The notes beneath the pieces are model-generated. The model saw only the letters and a program-made list of their open reading frames with translations. It did no database searches and was not told the origin of the DNA. A DNA stretch of 64,000 bases from the human T2T-CHM13v2.0 reference genome, Homo sapiens, in NCBI RefSeq assembly GCF_009914755.1, contig NC_060936.1. The stretch is one strand, 5' to 3'. Within the stretch, counting starts at the first letter, position 1. Every line of letters begins with the position of its first letter. Positions 15,679 to 31,035 of the stretch are shown here, one piece after another. A program made the translations under genes and the position numbers.

Positions 15679-16429
15679 ATCTAACTCATCTGTACAATAA
15701 ATGTGTCATTAAAGACAATGAGGCAGATCTCTATCTGCAAATAAGAAATGAACTCCAAGGTATACCATTAAGGTGCAAGCAAGTCAGTTCTGTATATGTA
15801 AATGTAAAGGTTATTCTGGAGGAAACGGATATCAATGGTTTTACATGAATAATATCAAAGAAAACAAAACCCAGCCTGCCTGTGAAGTCTTGACTCTTTT
15901 CAGTTTATACACCCACAAAATATCTGATGGAGTTTCAGCCCTGTTTCCCATCTCCCTCCAATCTCATTTAAAAACAAACTCCAAGTCCTCCAAGTCTTCA
16001 AAAACAAAACAAAATACTGCCACCCCCAACACAAACAAAAGACTGAAAGCGTAAACCCAACTGCGCTCTTTTAAAAAATGCAAAACCACCAGCTTCTTTA
16101 CATTTCCTGAACTGCTAATTTGCAGTCTTTCCCCAGAGAGATCACCACCCAGGAATCAAGCTGAAGTGCTTTCTCCCATGCCGGTAAGTCATGGCGGCAA
16201 ACCCACAAGTCCCCACAAATCTGGGGGTTAAGTTGACATTCTTTGCCTTGGGGATCCCAAAGACACAAGCATCCTGAGTCTCCTCAGCCATGGAATTCCC
16301 CCAGTTTCATGGCTACAGTTTGCCTATGATGATGTCAATCTTCCCACCTCTGATGCCCATATCTCAGAGGTAGTAACAGGCTCAGCTTAGAGTTACAAGC
16401 ACGAGCATTAATGATTGTTTAAAATGTGA

Positions 16430-17040
16430 CACACACTCTGTTGTCAAGGCTTTGGGAAATCCCACTCTCTTACATTGCTGCCAAATACAACCTCTTTGAA
16501 TGGCAGTTTGACAATATCTACCTCCAAATTTAAAATACATATATCTTGGCCTGACAATTCAAATGTCAGGACTTTCTCCTGCAGGTAACCTGAAAGGAAC
16601 ATCCTTAAACACATACAAAACTCTTCTTTGCAGGGTTCTGAATATCTGAATATCAAGAGATTGAGAAAATCTTAAGTACCCATCAATAGAAGACTATTAA
16701 ATCAACTATGGCACATCCATACAACGGAATTCTGGGCAGGCATTAAATAAGCAGGAGATTAGAGCTAAAAAGACCAGACCAGTGAGGAATGCTCTTAAAG
16801 ATACAGTGTTAAATTTAAAAGCAAGGTGGAGCACACCCATTTAGAAATATAATTATAAGTCCATCCTACAGCTTCATCATGCATTCATCCATGTTTCCAC
16901 ATAAGCTTGGAGATGCACTGAACAGCTCTGGAAAATTATTCAAGATATCAGTAACAGTGGTTACTTCTAGGAAAGGGGGCTGGAAGGCTAGAAATTGGGT
17001 GGGAAGGAAGCTTACTTTTTATTGTATATTCCTTCATATT
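16430..17040 (+). mobile_element. Old L1M (L1ME/MC-like) 3' fragment
   Basis: Degenerate L1 ORF2-end and 3'UTR motifs (ggcagtttgacaatatct; tatggcacatccatacaacggaat). Confidence 0.5.
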
Positions 17041-17051
17041 AGATTGCTATT

Positions 17052-17348
17052 CTTTATTTATTTATTTTTGAGACAGGGTCTCGCTTTGTTGCCCAGGCTG
17101 GAGGGCAGTGGTGTAATAACAGCTAACTGCAACCTCCAAGGCCTGGGCTCAAGTTATCCTCAAGCTTTGGCCTCCTGAGTAACTGGACTACAAGCACACA
17201 CCACCGTGACTGGCTAATTTTTTAACTTTTTGTAGAAACGGTGTCTCACTATGTTGCTCAGGGTGGTCTCAAACTCCCGGCCTCAAGCAATCCTTCCACC
17301 TTGACCTCCCAAAGTGCAGAGTTTATAAGCATGAACCACTGTGCCTGG
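17052..17348 (-). mobile_element. AluJ
   Basis: Alu consensus. Confidence 0.88.
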
Positions 17349-17399
17349 ACTAAATTATTATTTTTTAACAATGTTTTTTGCATCAATTTTAAGAAAAGA

Positions 17400-18157
<758 letters not shown>

Positions 18158-19229
18158 TAATTATCATCACGTAAGCAGTCATTTTTCTATTGAGCATCCG
18201 TAGTGTCTGGTGGATGTGCTGCTTAAGGCACTTTGTGTTGAAAGACCAGGTAAAAGGTACGGACACGTGGACTGGTCCTGTCTCCCATGGGAGTCGATGA
18301 CTGTCATTGGCTCCTTTTCGGAATGCTGCAAAAGCAGGATTCAGTTTGTCGGAACACGGCACATGAAAGATGCATCCAGAAGCACTGAGGCCCCAGAACT
18401 TGGTGGTGAGTCAACACCACTAGGGCGGGATGAGGAGGACGGTCTGGTTCATCACAGGGAGAGAGCTGCAGGGCTGTCATCCCGATGTTAGAATAGATCT
18501 GGGGAATCACAGAGTCTTCATTTCAGCTTCGTTTTGCAGAGCTCATTTACTTGAGCTAGTTCGGCCAACGGGAGACCAATATATCCATCCATCATATGAC
18601 AGAAAATTTCAGAGTTTGGGGCTAAGGTTCTTAAGTTCCTTCTATCCATGGACGCTTCAGTGGCACAAAAGCACAAAAGTGGCACAGATGCACTTCTGCC
18701 TCCCACCCTTGCCCCTACATACCTGCCCCATTGCTGTAAATACTGTGTGGGGGTCAAAGGCATGAATTTGGAGCTAGAAAAACCAGGGTTTGTGACCCAC
18801 CTCTGCTGCCTATTAGCCTCAGATTCCTCATCTGTAAAGTGGGAACAATTCTGGTTTCTGCCTTAAAGATGGAAACCAATAAATCACATGGGATAATTTA
18901 AATGGAAGTGCATTAGAGGGGATAATTCATCTATAGCATGTGGTACTGTTGACTATTATTTTTAGAGTCACTTTAGATTACACATCAAGATAATTGAACC
19001 ATTTCAGGCTAGATATGCAAACATAATCATGGCCAAGAGGACAGCCTCATTACTATAAAAAGGAAACATATTATCAGCGGTCTCGGAAACTTTTCTTAAC
19101 AATCATTAAAATAAGATGGCACATATTTTCTAACCCCCATCAACATTATACTCTTTTACTTTTTTTTTCCTCCCTCCCTCTTTCTCTCCTTTGCCTCCTC
19201 TCATCTTTTCTTTTCTTTCCTTCATGCCA

Positions 19230-20100
19230 ACCATTCATTTGCCTACTCATACATAGCTCTCCCCAGGACAGGGCAGTCAGCGTGGAGCTTGCATTGGGAT
19301 TACAGGGGTGGATAAGATAGACAGCATCCCTGCCCTCAAGCTTACAACCTAGGGTGGAGGTAGTTGGAGATTAATATTAGTGATAAAAACAATGAGTAGA
19401 ACAAAAGCGAAAATACAGGGTGCTAACGAGACCTTGCATAAGGGACATAACATGGTCTGGGTGGTGGTGGTCAGGGAAGGCTTCCTGGAGGAAGAGTCAG
19501 GATCCAGAGTTGGCCAGATAAGAAGGTGGATGGAGGAAGTGAGAAATGGAGGACAGAGACCAGCGTGTGAGAAGGCACTGTGGTAGGATGGAGCTGGCAT
19601 TGGGGTGACAGAAGAAAGCCATGTCACGAGATAAATCTGGAGAGGTCATCAGGGGCTGGATCATCAGGTCTCTTGAAAGGCAAGTTAACAATTTTGGACT
19701 TTATTCTTAGAGCGATGGCAAGCATTGGAGGGTTTTGAGACAAGAAGTACAGTGGTCAGATTTAGATTTTATGAAGATTACTCTGGCTGCTGCTGGATGG
19801 CAAATGGGTGGGAAAAGCAAGGCTGGGTATGGGGAGCCTGGTTAGGAGGCTGCTGCAGGCCAGAGATGAGCAATGATGGTGGTTAAGGATCAGGTGGTGA
19901 AAGGGAGGAAGGAAGGAAGTGGGTCGATTTAAGAGATGTTTACAAGATTGAGTCAACAAGATTTGGTGACTAATTGGATACAGAAGCTAACGGAGAAGGA
20001 GGTGTCTGCAGTGACCTCCCAGCTCCTGGCTTCCACTAGTAGAAGGAGTGTGAAGGATTTCCTGAGAGAGGGAAACCTGAACAATGGGGTAAAAATAGGG
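19230..20100 (-). mobile_element. L2 fragment
   Basis: cattcatt...ccctgccctcaagcttaca...agggaaggcttcctggagga...ttttggactttattct. Confidence 0.7.
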
Positions 20101-20104
20101 TGAA

Positions 20105-20342
20105 AGGGCTGGATGCCTGTAATCCCAGCACTTTGGGAGGCTGAGGCGAGAGGATTGTTTGAGGCCAGGAGTTCAAGACCAGCCTGAGTAATATAGTAGG
20201 ACCCCCATCTCTACCAAAAAAAAAAAAATTAACTACGATTGTGCCATTGCACACCAGCCTGGGTGACAGTGCAAGACTCTGTCAAAAAGAAGGAAGGAAG
20301 GAAGGAAGAGAGGGAGGGAGGGAGGAAGGAAGGAAGGAAGGA
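20105..20342 (+). mobile_element. Internally deleted Alu with (GGAA)n tail
   Basis: Alu consensus fragments plus purine microsatellite. Confidence 0.8.
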
Positions 20343-21996
20343 AAATGGGGGTGAAAGAAAGAATAAGAATGAATGAAATTCATTTCATAGAACTGTCTTT
20401 CATGAATAGTAATAATTTAGTTGTGGTCTAGTATATTGCAAGAATCAACATTTCCTAATAACGTCATTTCCATAATTCTGAGAATTCAGCTACAAAAAAT
20501 ATGCTCAATTTGGCTCAATTCCAAGCTTTGCCATTTATAAGCTATTTGATCTTGGATAAGTCATTTAACATTTTGACTCTCAATTTCCTTTTGTGAAATC
20601 GAAACAGTAATAACAACTAGTTGCCAAGACTTTTGTAATGATTAAGCAAGATGGACACCGTAAAGGGCACTTTGTAAACTGTAAATGTCAACTATAATGA
20701 CAATGTTGAATGTTTATTTTTCAGGGAACATAATAACTGTTTTCTCCAAATTGCACATCAGTGTTAACTTGAGACTCAATCAAATTTCTCCTCTCATGCC
20801 TGGCATCCTTGGGTGCTTTCTGGTGTAGGGGAGCTGAGTCAAAAGGCTGACAAAAGGTGCTCAGGGAAGAAAAAAGAAGTAAGAATAACTATTTTAAGAG
20901 AGCAGTAATAAGATTTGTTCCCTTCACTCGAAAGTTGCCTTTACATAGATCCACAACATCCATATAGGCCTGAATCAGTTACAAATGAATTTCAGTAAAG
21001 GGAAAACATGTTAAATAGAAAACATAAACTACAATGGCAGAAATAATTCCACATATGTCAGATATACCAGTAATAACAATAAATGCAATTGGGTCAAACT
21101 TGAGTAAAAGATCAAGACTCTTCAATTGTATAAAATGTATTTGCAGTTGCCCTACCTTAGCATGAATGTGTAAACTAGTACCAAGGACAGGAGGGAAAAT
21201 ATTCATTAAGGCAGGCCTGAGCCTAGTATACATTTGCTGGCCACATGGAGCTAAAGCACCACAGGTCTGCTTTCATCTGCACAATATAATTGACTTTCTT
21301 CTTAGAATATGTTAGCACCTAGTAAGCATGAAATAAGTATTTGGTGAATAAGCGCTCAACTATTCACACTGAGTACTTATTAGGTTGAAATATATGAAAT
21401 TAACAGTTTTGCAAATGATCAACTTTTTCAATTTCGTACAGTTCAACTTAATATTTTGAGCATTTTTATATGTAAGCACTTTATTGGAAGATCTCATTTT
21501 CATTCTTGCAACACGATATGAACATGACATGACATTATAATTCCCATTTTATAGATGTTAAAATCAAGGCTCAAAGACATTAAGTCATAGGTTATGCAGC
21601 TAGTGTCAGTGGTGGGGACTCAAGTCAAGTTTGTCTGAACTCAACGTCTTTGCTTTTCTAATGTTCTAAGTACTGCTATATATTTTTAGCTCAATTCTAC
21701 AATTTTAGTAATTGAAAGTTGAAAGAGATGCTAGGGATTTTCTACTCCAATTCACAATATTGATTTTATAAACCTCCTACAGGGCTCAGGGAACCCTGAA
21801 AATCCTGAAATTGTGTGCACAACTTTTGTGATACGTGCATTTATATGGGGAAAACAGGCCATGGCATTAATACAATTTTCCAAGTATTCCATTACACAAT
21901 AAATAACAAGGGTAGAAGTCACTGGTTTCACATTACATTTTGGAGATGAGGAGCTACAGGCTCATAGTCAGGAAAGGACTTGCCTAAGATTCTTAG

Positions 21997-22365
<369 letters not shown>

Positions 22366-22756
22366 GCAAGATGCTCTTTCTGTCTTGTTATGCTGGAACT
22401 TAACAATTTAAATTATTGCCCAACAGTCAAATATTGGCTCACCTCCCTTCCTGGTGAAATACCTCCAAAAATTATCCGCCTCCTGAGGATCGATAACAGG
22501 GTATCTGAAGATACCACTACAAGTGAGATGAGGGGACAAGGCTAACAGATTCTAGTCACTTGTCAAAGTAAATGTTTAAACAATCAATTTCATAATTAGG
22601 ATAAGAAGCTTAAAATATATATTTAGTGCTGTAAGGGAACCATAGATGATAATGTACTTTTTCAAATAAAAAATCAAATAAAAATAATGATTATGGTATC
22701 AGAGACGTCTGCTACAATTCCTTCATTTACTCAGCTTTTATCAATTAACACTTAGG

Positions 22757-22922
22757 GCTGGGCTCAGTGGCTCATGCCTGTAATCCCAACACTTTGGGAG
22801 GTTAAGGCAGGAGGATTATTGAGCCCAGGAGGTCGAGGCTGCAGTGAGCCATTATTGTGCCACTGGACTCTAGCCTGGGTGAAAAAGCAAGACCTTGTCT
22901 CAAACAAACAAACAAAAAAACA
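22757..22922 (+). mobile_element. Monomeric Alu (FRAM/FAM-like)
   Basis: Single Alu arm plus (CAAA)n tail. Confidence 0.8.
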
Positions 22923-23231
22923 ACCACCTGTGCATAGCACAGGACTTGGCACATAATAGGTACTCAGTGAATCAGGGTCTCAATCTCTAAGTCTACAGCT
23001 ATTGAATGAAGCAGCCCTGTGAGAGGTGAGAGGGAGCAGTGGGGACTGTAGAGAACTGGAGGGCCCATGCCGTGTTTGGAGAGCAGTTCCAGCCAGTGGT
23101 TGCCATGCAGAAAGCCAAGACTGGTCTCACTTCACTTCCTGAAAGCAGCTGCAGGGAGGTGATGGCATGGCCCATTACAAATGAGTGAATGAATGAGACT
23201 TCAGACACTTGGTTAACAAAACTTGGATTCA

Positions 23232-23543
<312 letters not shown>

Positions 23544-23619
23544 TCAGAAAAAGGAACGACAATGTGGGGTGGGTCTTAATGGAGTTTGCAAAACCACCAG
23601 CGATGAACATGGTCTAATG

Positions 23620-23787
23620 CTTTGCTACCCAAAGCGTGGTCCATGCACCAGCACCAGCAGCATCACCTGGGAGCATGTCAGCAATGCAGAATCCCAAGGC
23701 CCAGCCCAGACCTATGACTCAGGCTCTGCATTTTAGGAAGATCCCCCAGTGGATTTATGTGCACACTGGAGTTTGAGAAACACTGGT
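23620..23787. mobile_element. MER5A hAT MITE (similar copies ~34670-34820, 42897-43082, 45040-45170, 46645-46822)
   Basis: cagcagcatcacctgggag...aatgcagaat...gtttgagaaacactg. Confidence 0.75.
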
Positions 23788-24031
23788 ACGGTTTGCTTCT
23801 AAAGCCCCGTGTGACTTTTTGTGACCTACACAAATGGCCATTTTAAAGGAAATTTCAACTTCAACTCAAACTATCACCTGTTCTGCACAAAAAATGCTTC
23901 AGATCCAGGATATCACATTCTTCAATCAGGCTCTGGTCAGATTCTATCAAAGACAACCCATAGGTATACAAATGAATTGCGTTTGGTTAATACAGTTAAA
24001 TTTTTTCCCCCAAATTTGTTATCACCATTTA

Positions 24032-24436
<405 letters not shown>

Positions 24437-25739
24437 TTACACTGGGCCTGTGTTCCTGAGCACACTCCAAACAGCTGGAGTAGGTGGTGGCGCCTCCCCC
24501 TTTAGGTGGGGCATGAGCTCTCTGGTTCCCCTGCAAAACCCTGTGGCCCCCGTCATTCATTTGTTTCTTGCAAATAAGTATTTCACTATAGGCCTTTGAC
24601 TGTGGGACCCCTGCTAGTGAGTGAGTTTTAAAGGGCAACAAGGAAGGTCACCTTCAGAAGCTACTCAATGAAGGGACAGCATGCTCAGTGACTTGGGTCT
24701 TGTCCTGGGTGGTTCCAGTCGATCCAGGTGTTTGATGGGATCCCCACCTCCGCATGAGATCACAGCATCCACCCCAGCTTGTGCCCTGGGGCTGATACTC
24801 AACACTGACCTTGTTCTCCCTGGGTTAAATCTACTGAGAGTGACGCAGCACTTTGCACGATCATCTTGAAGTCTGAATCTGTTTCTTCTTTCACTTTGGG
24901 TGTGCACCAAAGCCCTTCCTGGAGTGACACCTTTCTGTCTAAATTGGGCTTTCTCTTTTGATGTCAAACCAGTCCTTGCATACTCATTCTAACAGGAGCT
25001 GAGTGGAATGCAACTTCCTTCCTCCATTCCAAGGGAAGATTCAGTCCCAGATCCCCTACATTTTTTTTTTTTTTTTTTTTTTTAGTGACTCTACCTGGGG
25101 GTTACCTGAACTGGCTTGGTCTTTATCTCGTGTTGCACCAGCACACCTGGGAAGCCCCTGGAGGACACCCTACCTCGACACTGCGGGACACATCCCCACC
25201 TGAGTCAGCTTTACTGAACAGAGCTCTGCAAATAACCCCTGAAATAAAAATCACAGAAGAGAACGGTGTCACCTTCAACAGTCTATAAGCTGATGTCGCA
25301 GAGGTTGGAAGGAAGGGTTAAAGGGGAATGTCATGGTTCAGGATCACAGGCATGGGATTCAAATCCTGATTCTGTCATTTACTGACACGTGACTCGGTCA
25401 AGGGCTTCAGCATCTTGGTGCCTCCGTTTCTTCATCTATAAAATGGCAAAAAACAATAGTCCTGAATCTACTTTGCAAGACTCTTGTGAAGATTCCATGA
25501 AGTAACGTCATGTTTCCCATGCTGCTCTTACCAACATCATATCTTTGCACCATACCTGTGTCTCACCTATGCAATTATTTATTTAATATTTTCCCTTACA
25601 ATGAACTCACTTTCTATCTTAGATACTATAGCCTCATCCTAAAAGCTAATATCCACGAAATCGTCGTATAAATTTGCTAACTGCTTTTTTCTATGATCTA
25701 TCAAAACAAATATTTAATGAGTAAATTTTTTAAAAAATG

Positions 25740-26130
25740 GCTCCTTGATCTAATCATGAAAACACATGGAACAAATTCACACAAAGTGGCACTGTAACTG
25801 ACCAGTCATCTTCAAAGGTGTCAAGCCCGTGGGAGACAAGGAAAGACTGACAAACTGTCACAGATCAGAGGAGGCAGAGAGAAATCAGCGCCGAAAGCAA
25901 TGTGGGATCCTGGAACCGAAACAGCACAGTAGCGGAGAAAGTGGTGCAATTCGAATAGGGTCTGTCGTTTAGTTAATATCATGCCATTGTCAATCTTCTG
26001 TTCTTGATAATTAGATTATGGTTATGTACGATATTAACATTGGGGAAACTAGGTCAGGGTATAAAGAAACTCGTTGTACCATATTGCAACTTTTCCGTGA
26101 ATCTAAAATTACTTCAAAATAAAAGTTTTT
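25740..26130 (+). mobile_element. Old L1MC-like 3' end
   Basis: aatgtgggatcctgga...gcaacttttccgtgaatctaaaattacttcaaaataaaagtt. Confidence 0.6.
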
Positions 26131-26144
26131 CAAAAAATGAGTAT

Positions 26145-26655
26145 CAGTAAAGTGGTTGTTCCTTTTCCCTTCTCCTCGCCCCCTGGCAACCACTAATCTG
26201 CTTTCTGCCTCCGTGGATTTGTCTATTCTGGATACTGCATATAAATGAAATCCTACAAGATGAGGCTTTTTGAGTCTGGCTTCTTTCACTCAGCATCACG
26301 CTTTTGAGGTTCATCCATGTTACAGCATAGATCAGCACTTCATTTCTTTTAGTGGCTGAGTAATATTCCATTAGATAGATGGATAAGCCACTTTTAGTTT
26401 ATCCACTCGTCCATTGACAGACATCTGGGTTGTTTCCACCCTTTGGCTATCGTGAATAGTGCTATGAACACACATGGGAAAGTTTTTGTTTGAATACTTC
26501 TTTTCAATTCTTAAGAAGTACAAGGTTCCCTTGTGGGGTAATGGAGATGTTTTGGAACTAGATAGAGGCAATGATCACACAACACAAATGCTACTCTAAA
26601 ATGGTTAATTTTATATTACATGAATTTTACCTCAATGAAATAAAACAATAAAAAA
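26145..26655. mobile_element. L1MB-like element with 5' inversion (minus 26145-26520, plus 26521-26655)
   Basis: The minus segment translates as L1-like MEYYSATKRNEVLIYAVTWMNL; the plus segment is the 3' terminus with A tail. Confidence 0.65.
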
Positions 26656-26775
26656 TGGGTCCCACCAGTGGAGTATCCACCATATTTTGGAAACCTGTGC
26701 TTATACAGGCCCAGGGCTTAGCATGGTACCTAGTCTGTAGCAAGTACATGAAGAACATTGGCTGGTGTTATTATT

Positions 26776-27067
26776 CATTATTTTGAGACTGGGTCTTGTT
26801 GTGTTGCCCAGGCTGGAGTGCAGTGGTGTGATCATAGCTAACTGCAGTCTCGAACTCCTGGGCTCAAGGATACCCCTGCCTCAGCCTTCTGAATAGCTGG
26901 GACTACAGGCACGAGCCACCACACTTGGTTAATTTTTTATTTTTTTTGTAGAGATTGGGGTCTTGCTACATTGCTTAGGCTGGTCTTGAACTCCTGAGCT
27001 CAAGCAATCCTCCCTCCTCAACCTCCCAAAGTGCTGGGTTTACAGGTGTGAGCCACCATGCCTGGCC
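26776..27067 (-). mobile_element. AluJ
   Basis: TSD ggctggtgttattatt. Confidence 0.9.
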
Positions 27068-27875
27068 GGCTGGTGTTATTATTACTGCCAGAGACACACA
27101 GACTCTCAGCTCCCACTTCAGAGTTTTTTTCTACAGTATCATTGTCATTTCCACCAAGAAAGTTTCTCCAAGTTTAATCTACAACTCTCCTTGGAAGTCA
27201 GCAGTAAAATCTCAGGATTCCTGAGATGCTATCATTAGAAAACCTTGCTTTGAAATCTATGAACCTTTTGTGCTTTGATAAGACTTGCATTCCTGGCTAG
27301 CAGGGCACAGCACGCCATTGCCATGGGACGATGTGTGACGTGCTCACGGACAATGCAGAGTGGGCATTCAACAGGCACTTACTAGTTACCTGTTGACTGC
27401 ACACCAAAGCTATTTCAACAGATTATTCAATGAGTCACACCTCCTCAATTAACTGGGTGCTTTATTTAGGACTCCACCCTACAATTTGCAGGCTAAGTTG
27501 CAATGCCCTGGAACTGTTCACTTGATTTTATAGTACCCACTCCCATTTTCTCAAAGTACCTTGTGTGTTTGAAATGAAAGCAAATGCCTGATTTATTTTA
27601 AGGATTTCATAAGGACCCTACAGAAAACTGAAGACACACCAGCATGTCCTGGATCCAGGAAGCAAAATGGAGACATTCCAGGATGTCCCAACTCAGGGAA
27701 ACTTCTTTTTGCTCAGAGCTGATGAACTGGGATTGGTCTTACTCACCATTATTGGTGAACTCTTCCTCTTTCCCCCCATCTGTGCTAGTTGTCATCCTTT
27801 GCCCCCAGATTCATTCTCCAAACTTATCTGGGCTCCCGAAGAGGCTGACCTCTATGGACATCAAAAGGTCTCTTG

Positions 27876-28590
<715 letters not shown>

Positions 28591-28941
28591 CTTCACCTCC
28601 ATTGCCCCTTGGGAGGAGGGATGAGGAATATCAGAAGGAACCTGGATAGTCAAGGGCATGACATGTCTAAGCCAAGTCATCCTAATCACCAACCTCAACC
28701 TTGCCAAGAAACTGATGGAGTAGCTGCATGTGCCAAGCATTTAATGGTCTCAATAATGCAGTGAAGTAGAATTATTCCTGTGTTTACAGAAGAGGAAAAT
28801 GAGATTTACAGAGAGATTAAATAACTTGCCAAGGTTACAGAGTGAATAAATGGCAGTGGTTGGATTTGAACCCAGCTTTGATGGGCTTCAGAATCCTGCC
28901 TCTTCTCCATCATCCAGAGGGGTCTAAAGTGTTCAAGAACC

Positions 28942-29272
28942 TGCTGAGCATGGTGGCTTACGCCTGTAATCCCAGCATTTTGGGAGGCCCAGGTGGGTGG
29001 AATGCTTGAGCCCAGGAACTTGAAACCACCTTGGGCAACATGGTGAGACCCCGTCGCTACAAAAAATTAGCCAGGTGTGGTGGTGCACACCTGTAGTCCC
29101 AGCTACTCAGGAGGCTGAGGTGGGAGGATCACCTGAGCCAGGAAAGTTGAGGTTGCAGTGAGCCATCATCACGCCACTGCACTCCAGCCTGGGTGACAGA
29201 GTAAGACGCTGTCTCAGAAATACATACATACATACATACATACATACATACATACATACATGCATACATAAT
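28942..29272 (+). mobile_element. AluJ with (CATA)n tail
   Basis: Alu consensus; TSD agtgttcaaga. Confidence 0.9.
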
Positions 29273-30023
29273 ACAGTGTTCAAGAGCCGATGTCATGGCA
29301 CTGAACACTCTGGAGGCAAGAGGCGTGGGCCTGGGGGAAAGCTTGCTATCACTGAGAAGGAGGTCAGAGCTTCAGTTCTGCACAACCCTCTCAAGCTCAA
29401 GTGCATTCAGGCACGCCTGGGCTATACCGCCAGCCACGGAAAAACCAACTTTGGAAGCTATTCCAGGAACAAACCTCAAGCTCATTTCTCAGTCCCTCAA
29501 GAGGCCCTGAGCCTGTTCTGTTGCTGACAGAGGGAACTGTCGCCTGCTCACTGCTCAATGCCCCTGATGTAATGAGCACCGCCAAAGAGGGCTCGATTGG
29601 GATGCTAAACAGCCGTAAATGACATTGTCACCAGCCTTCATAAAGCATGGTGACTCACAGCCCTAATTAAAATGCTGAGGGAAAAATGTAAAGAGAAACT
29701 GCCATGAAAAACAGTGACATTCTGCTAAACTGCAGGATTATTTCTTCCAGGAAAAAAGAGGGAGAGAGAGAGAGATGTGTGTGTTCATGAGTGTGCGTAT
29801 ATGCATGTGCACATGTATTCGTGTGTGGGAGGTGAGGGGATAGAAACGAGAAGGCTAAATATTATTCTCCAAAGAAACTTGGAAAAATTTAACATGGAGG
29901 AAAGTTGAAAGCCATTCTTGCCTCCCAACTTTATGATAAAGTATTTAAACAGAAAATGTAAAAGAATGGTGTAAAAACACCCATAAACTTTCAACTTAAT
30001 TCAACAGCTATTAGCATTTTCAT

Positions 30024-30410
30024 ATCTACCTACTTGTCTTTCTCTATCAGTCATCTATCTATCCATCCATCCATCCATCTATCCATCCATCCATCCATCC
30101 ACCCACCTACCTACCTATCTACCTACTTACCTATCTACCTACCTAGCTATCTATCCATCCATCCATTCATGTACCTATCTATCTACCTACCTATATACCT
30201 ATCATCTGTCTATCCATCTATCTACCTACCAATCTATCTACCTACCTATCATCTGTTATCTATCTATTCATCTATCTATCTACCCATCTATCAATCATCT
30301 ATCTACCTACCTATTCTATCCTCTAGCTATTATCTATCTATCTGTCTATCTATCATCTATCTACCTACCTACCTCTCCATCTATTATCTACCTACCTACT
30401 TACCTATCTT
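30024..30410. repeat. Degenerate (TCTA/TCCA/CCTA)n tetranucleotide repeat
   Basis: Seen directly. Confidence 0.95.
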
Positions 30411-30871
30411 CACAATGAACCATTTTAGAACAAGTTGCAGAATCATGATGTCTCAGCTCTAAATTCTTAAGCACACTTATCTTCAGCGTAGAGACAGACT
30501 CCCACAAAACCCACAGTACCATTATTACACCTAAGAAAATTAACTATATACTGTACTTGCACAACTTCCCCAAATACTCAGTTAAGGTTGTTTTCTAAAC
30601 AATGACAATTCAAGTCATAAGTCTCATCCCTGTTGGTTAGGAGAGAGAAGCAGACAAGCTGTTTCCCAGAAATAGGTGTCAAGGGTTCTTGCGAAGGAAG
30701 GGTTTTAGCATCATGTAGGCTGGTTCCCATCATCAGAGTCACAAGATGAAGTACATGGGGCACAATGCTTGACTTAGATGTCAGTTTTGAACCAGATAGG
30801 GAATCCTGATCACACCATATTGTTTTTTTAAAATAGCCCTCCTCTAAACGAAAACTAAATCTCCACATTTT

Positions 30872-31035
30872 GGGCTGGGCTCAGGCCTGTAATCCCAGCA
30901 CTTTGGGACGCTGAGGCAGGAGGATCATTTGAGCCCAGGAGTTCAAGACCAGCCTGGGCAACATGGTGAGAATCCACCTCTACAAAAGCAAAACAAAACA
31001 ACAATGAAAAAACCAATGAAACAAACAAACAAAAA
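30872..31035 (+). mobile_element. Alu left monomer (FLAM-like)
   Basis: Alu consensus plus A-rich tail. Confidence 0.8.
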
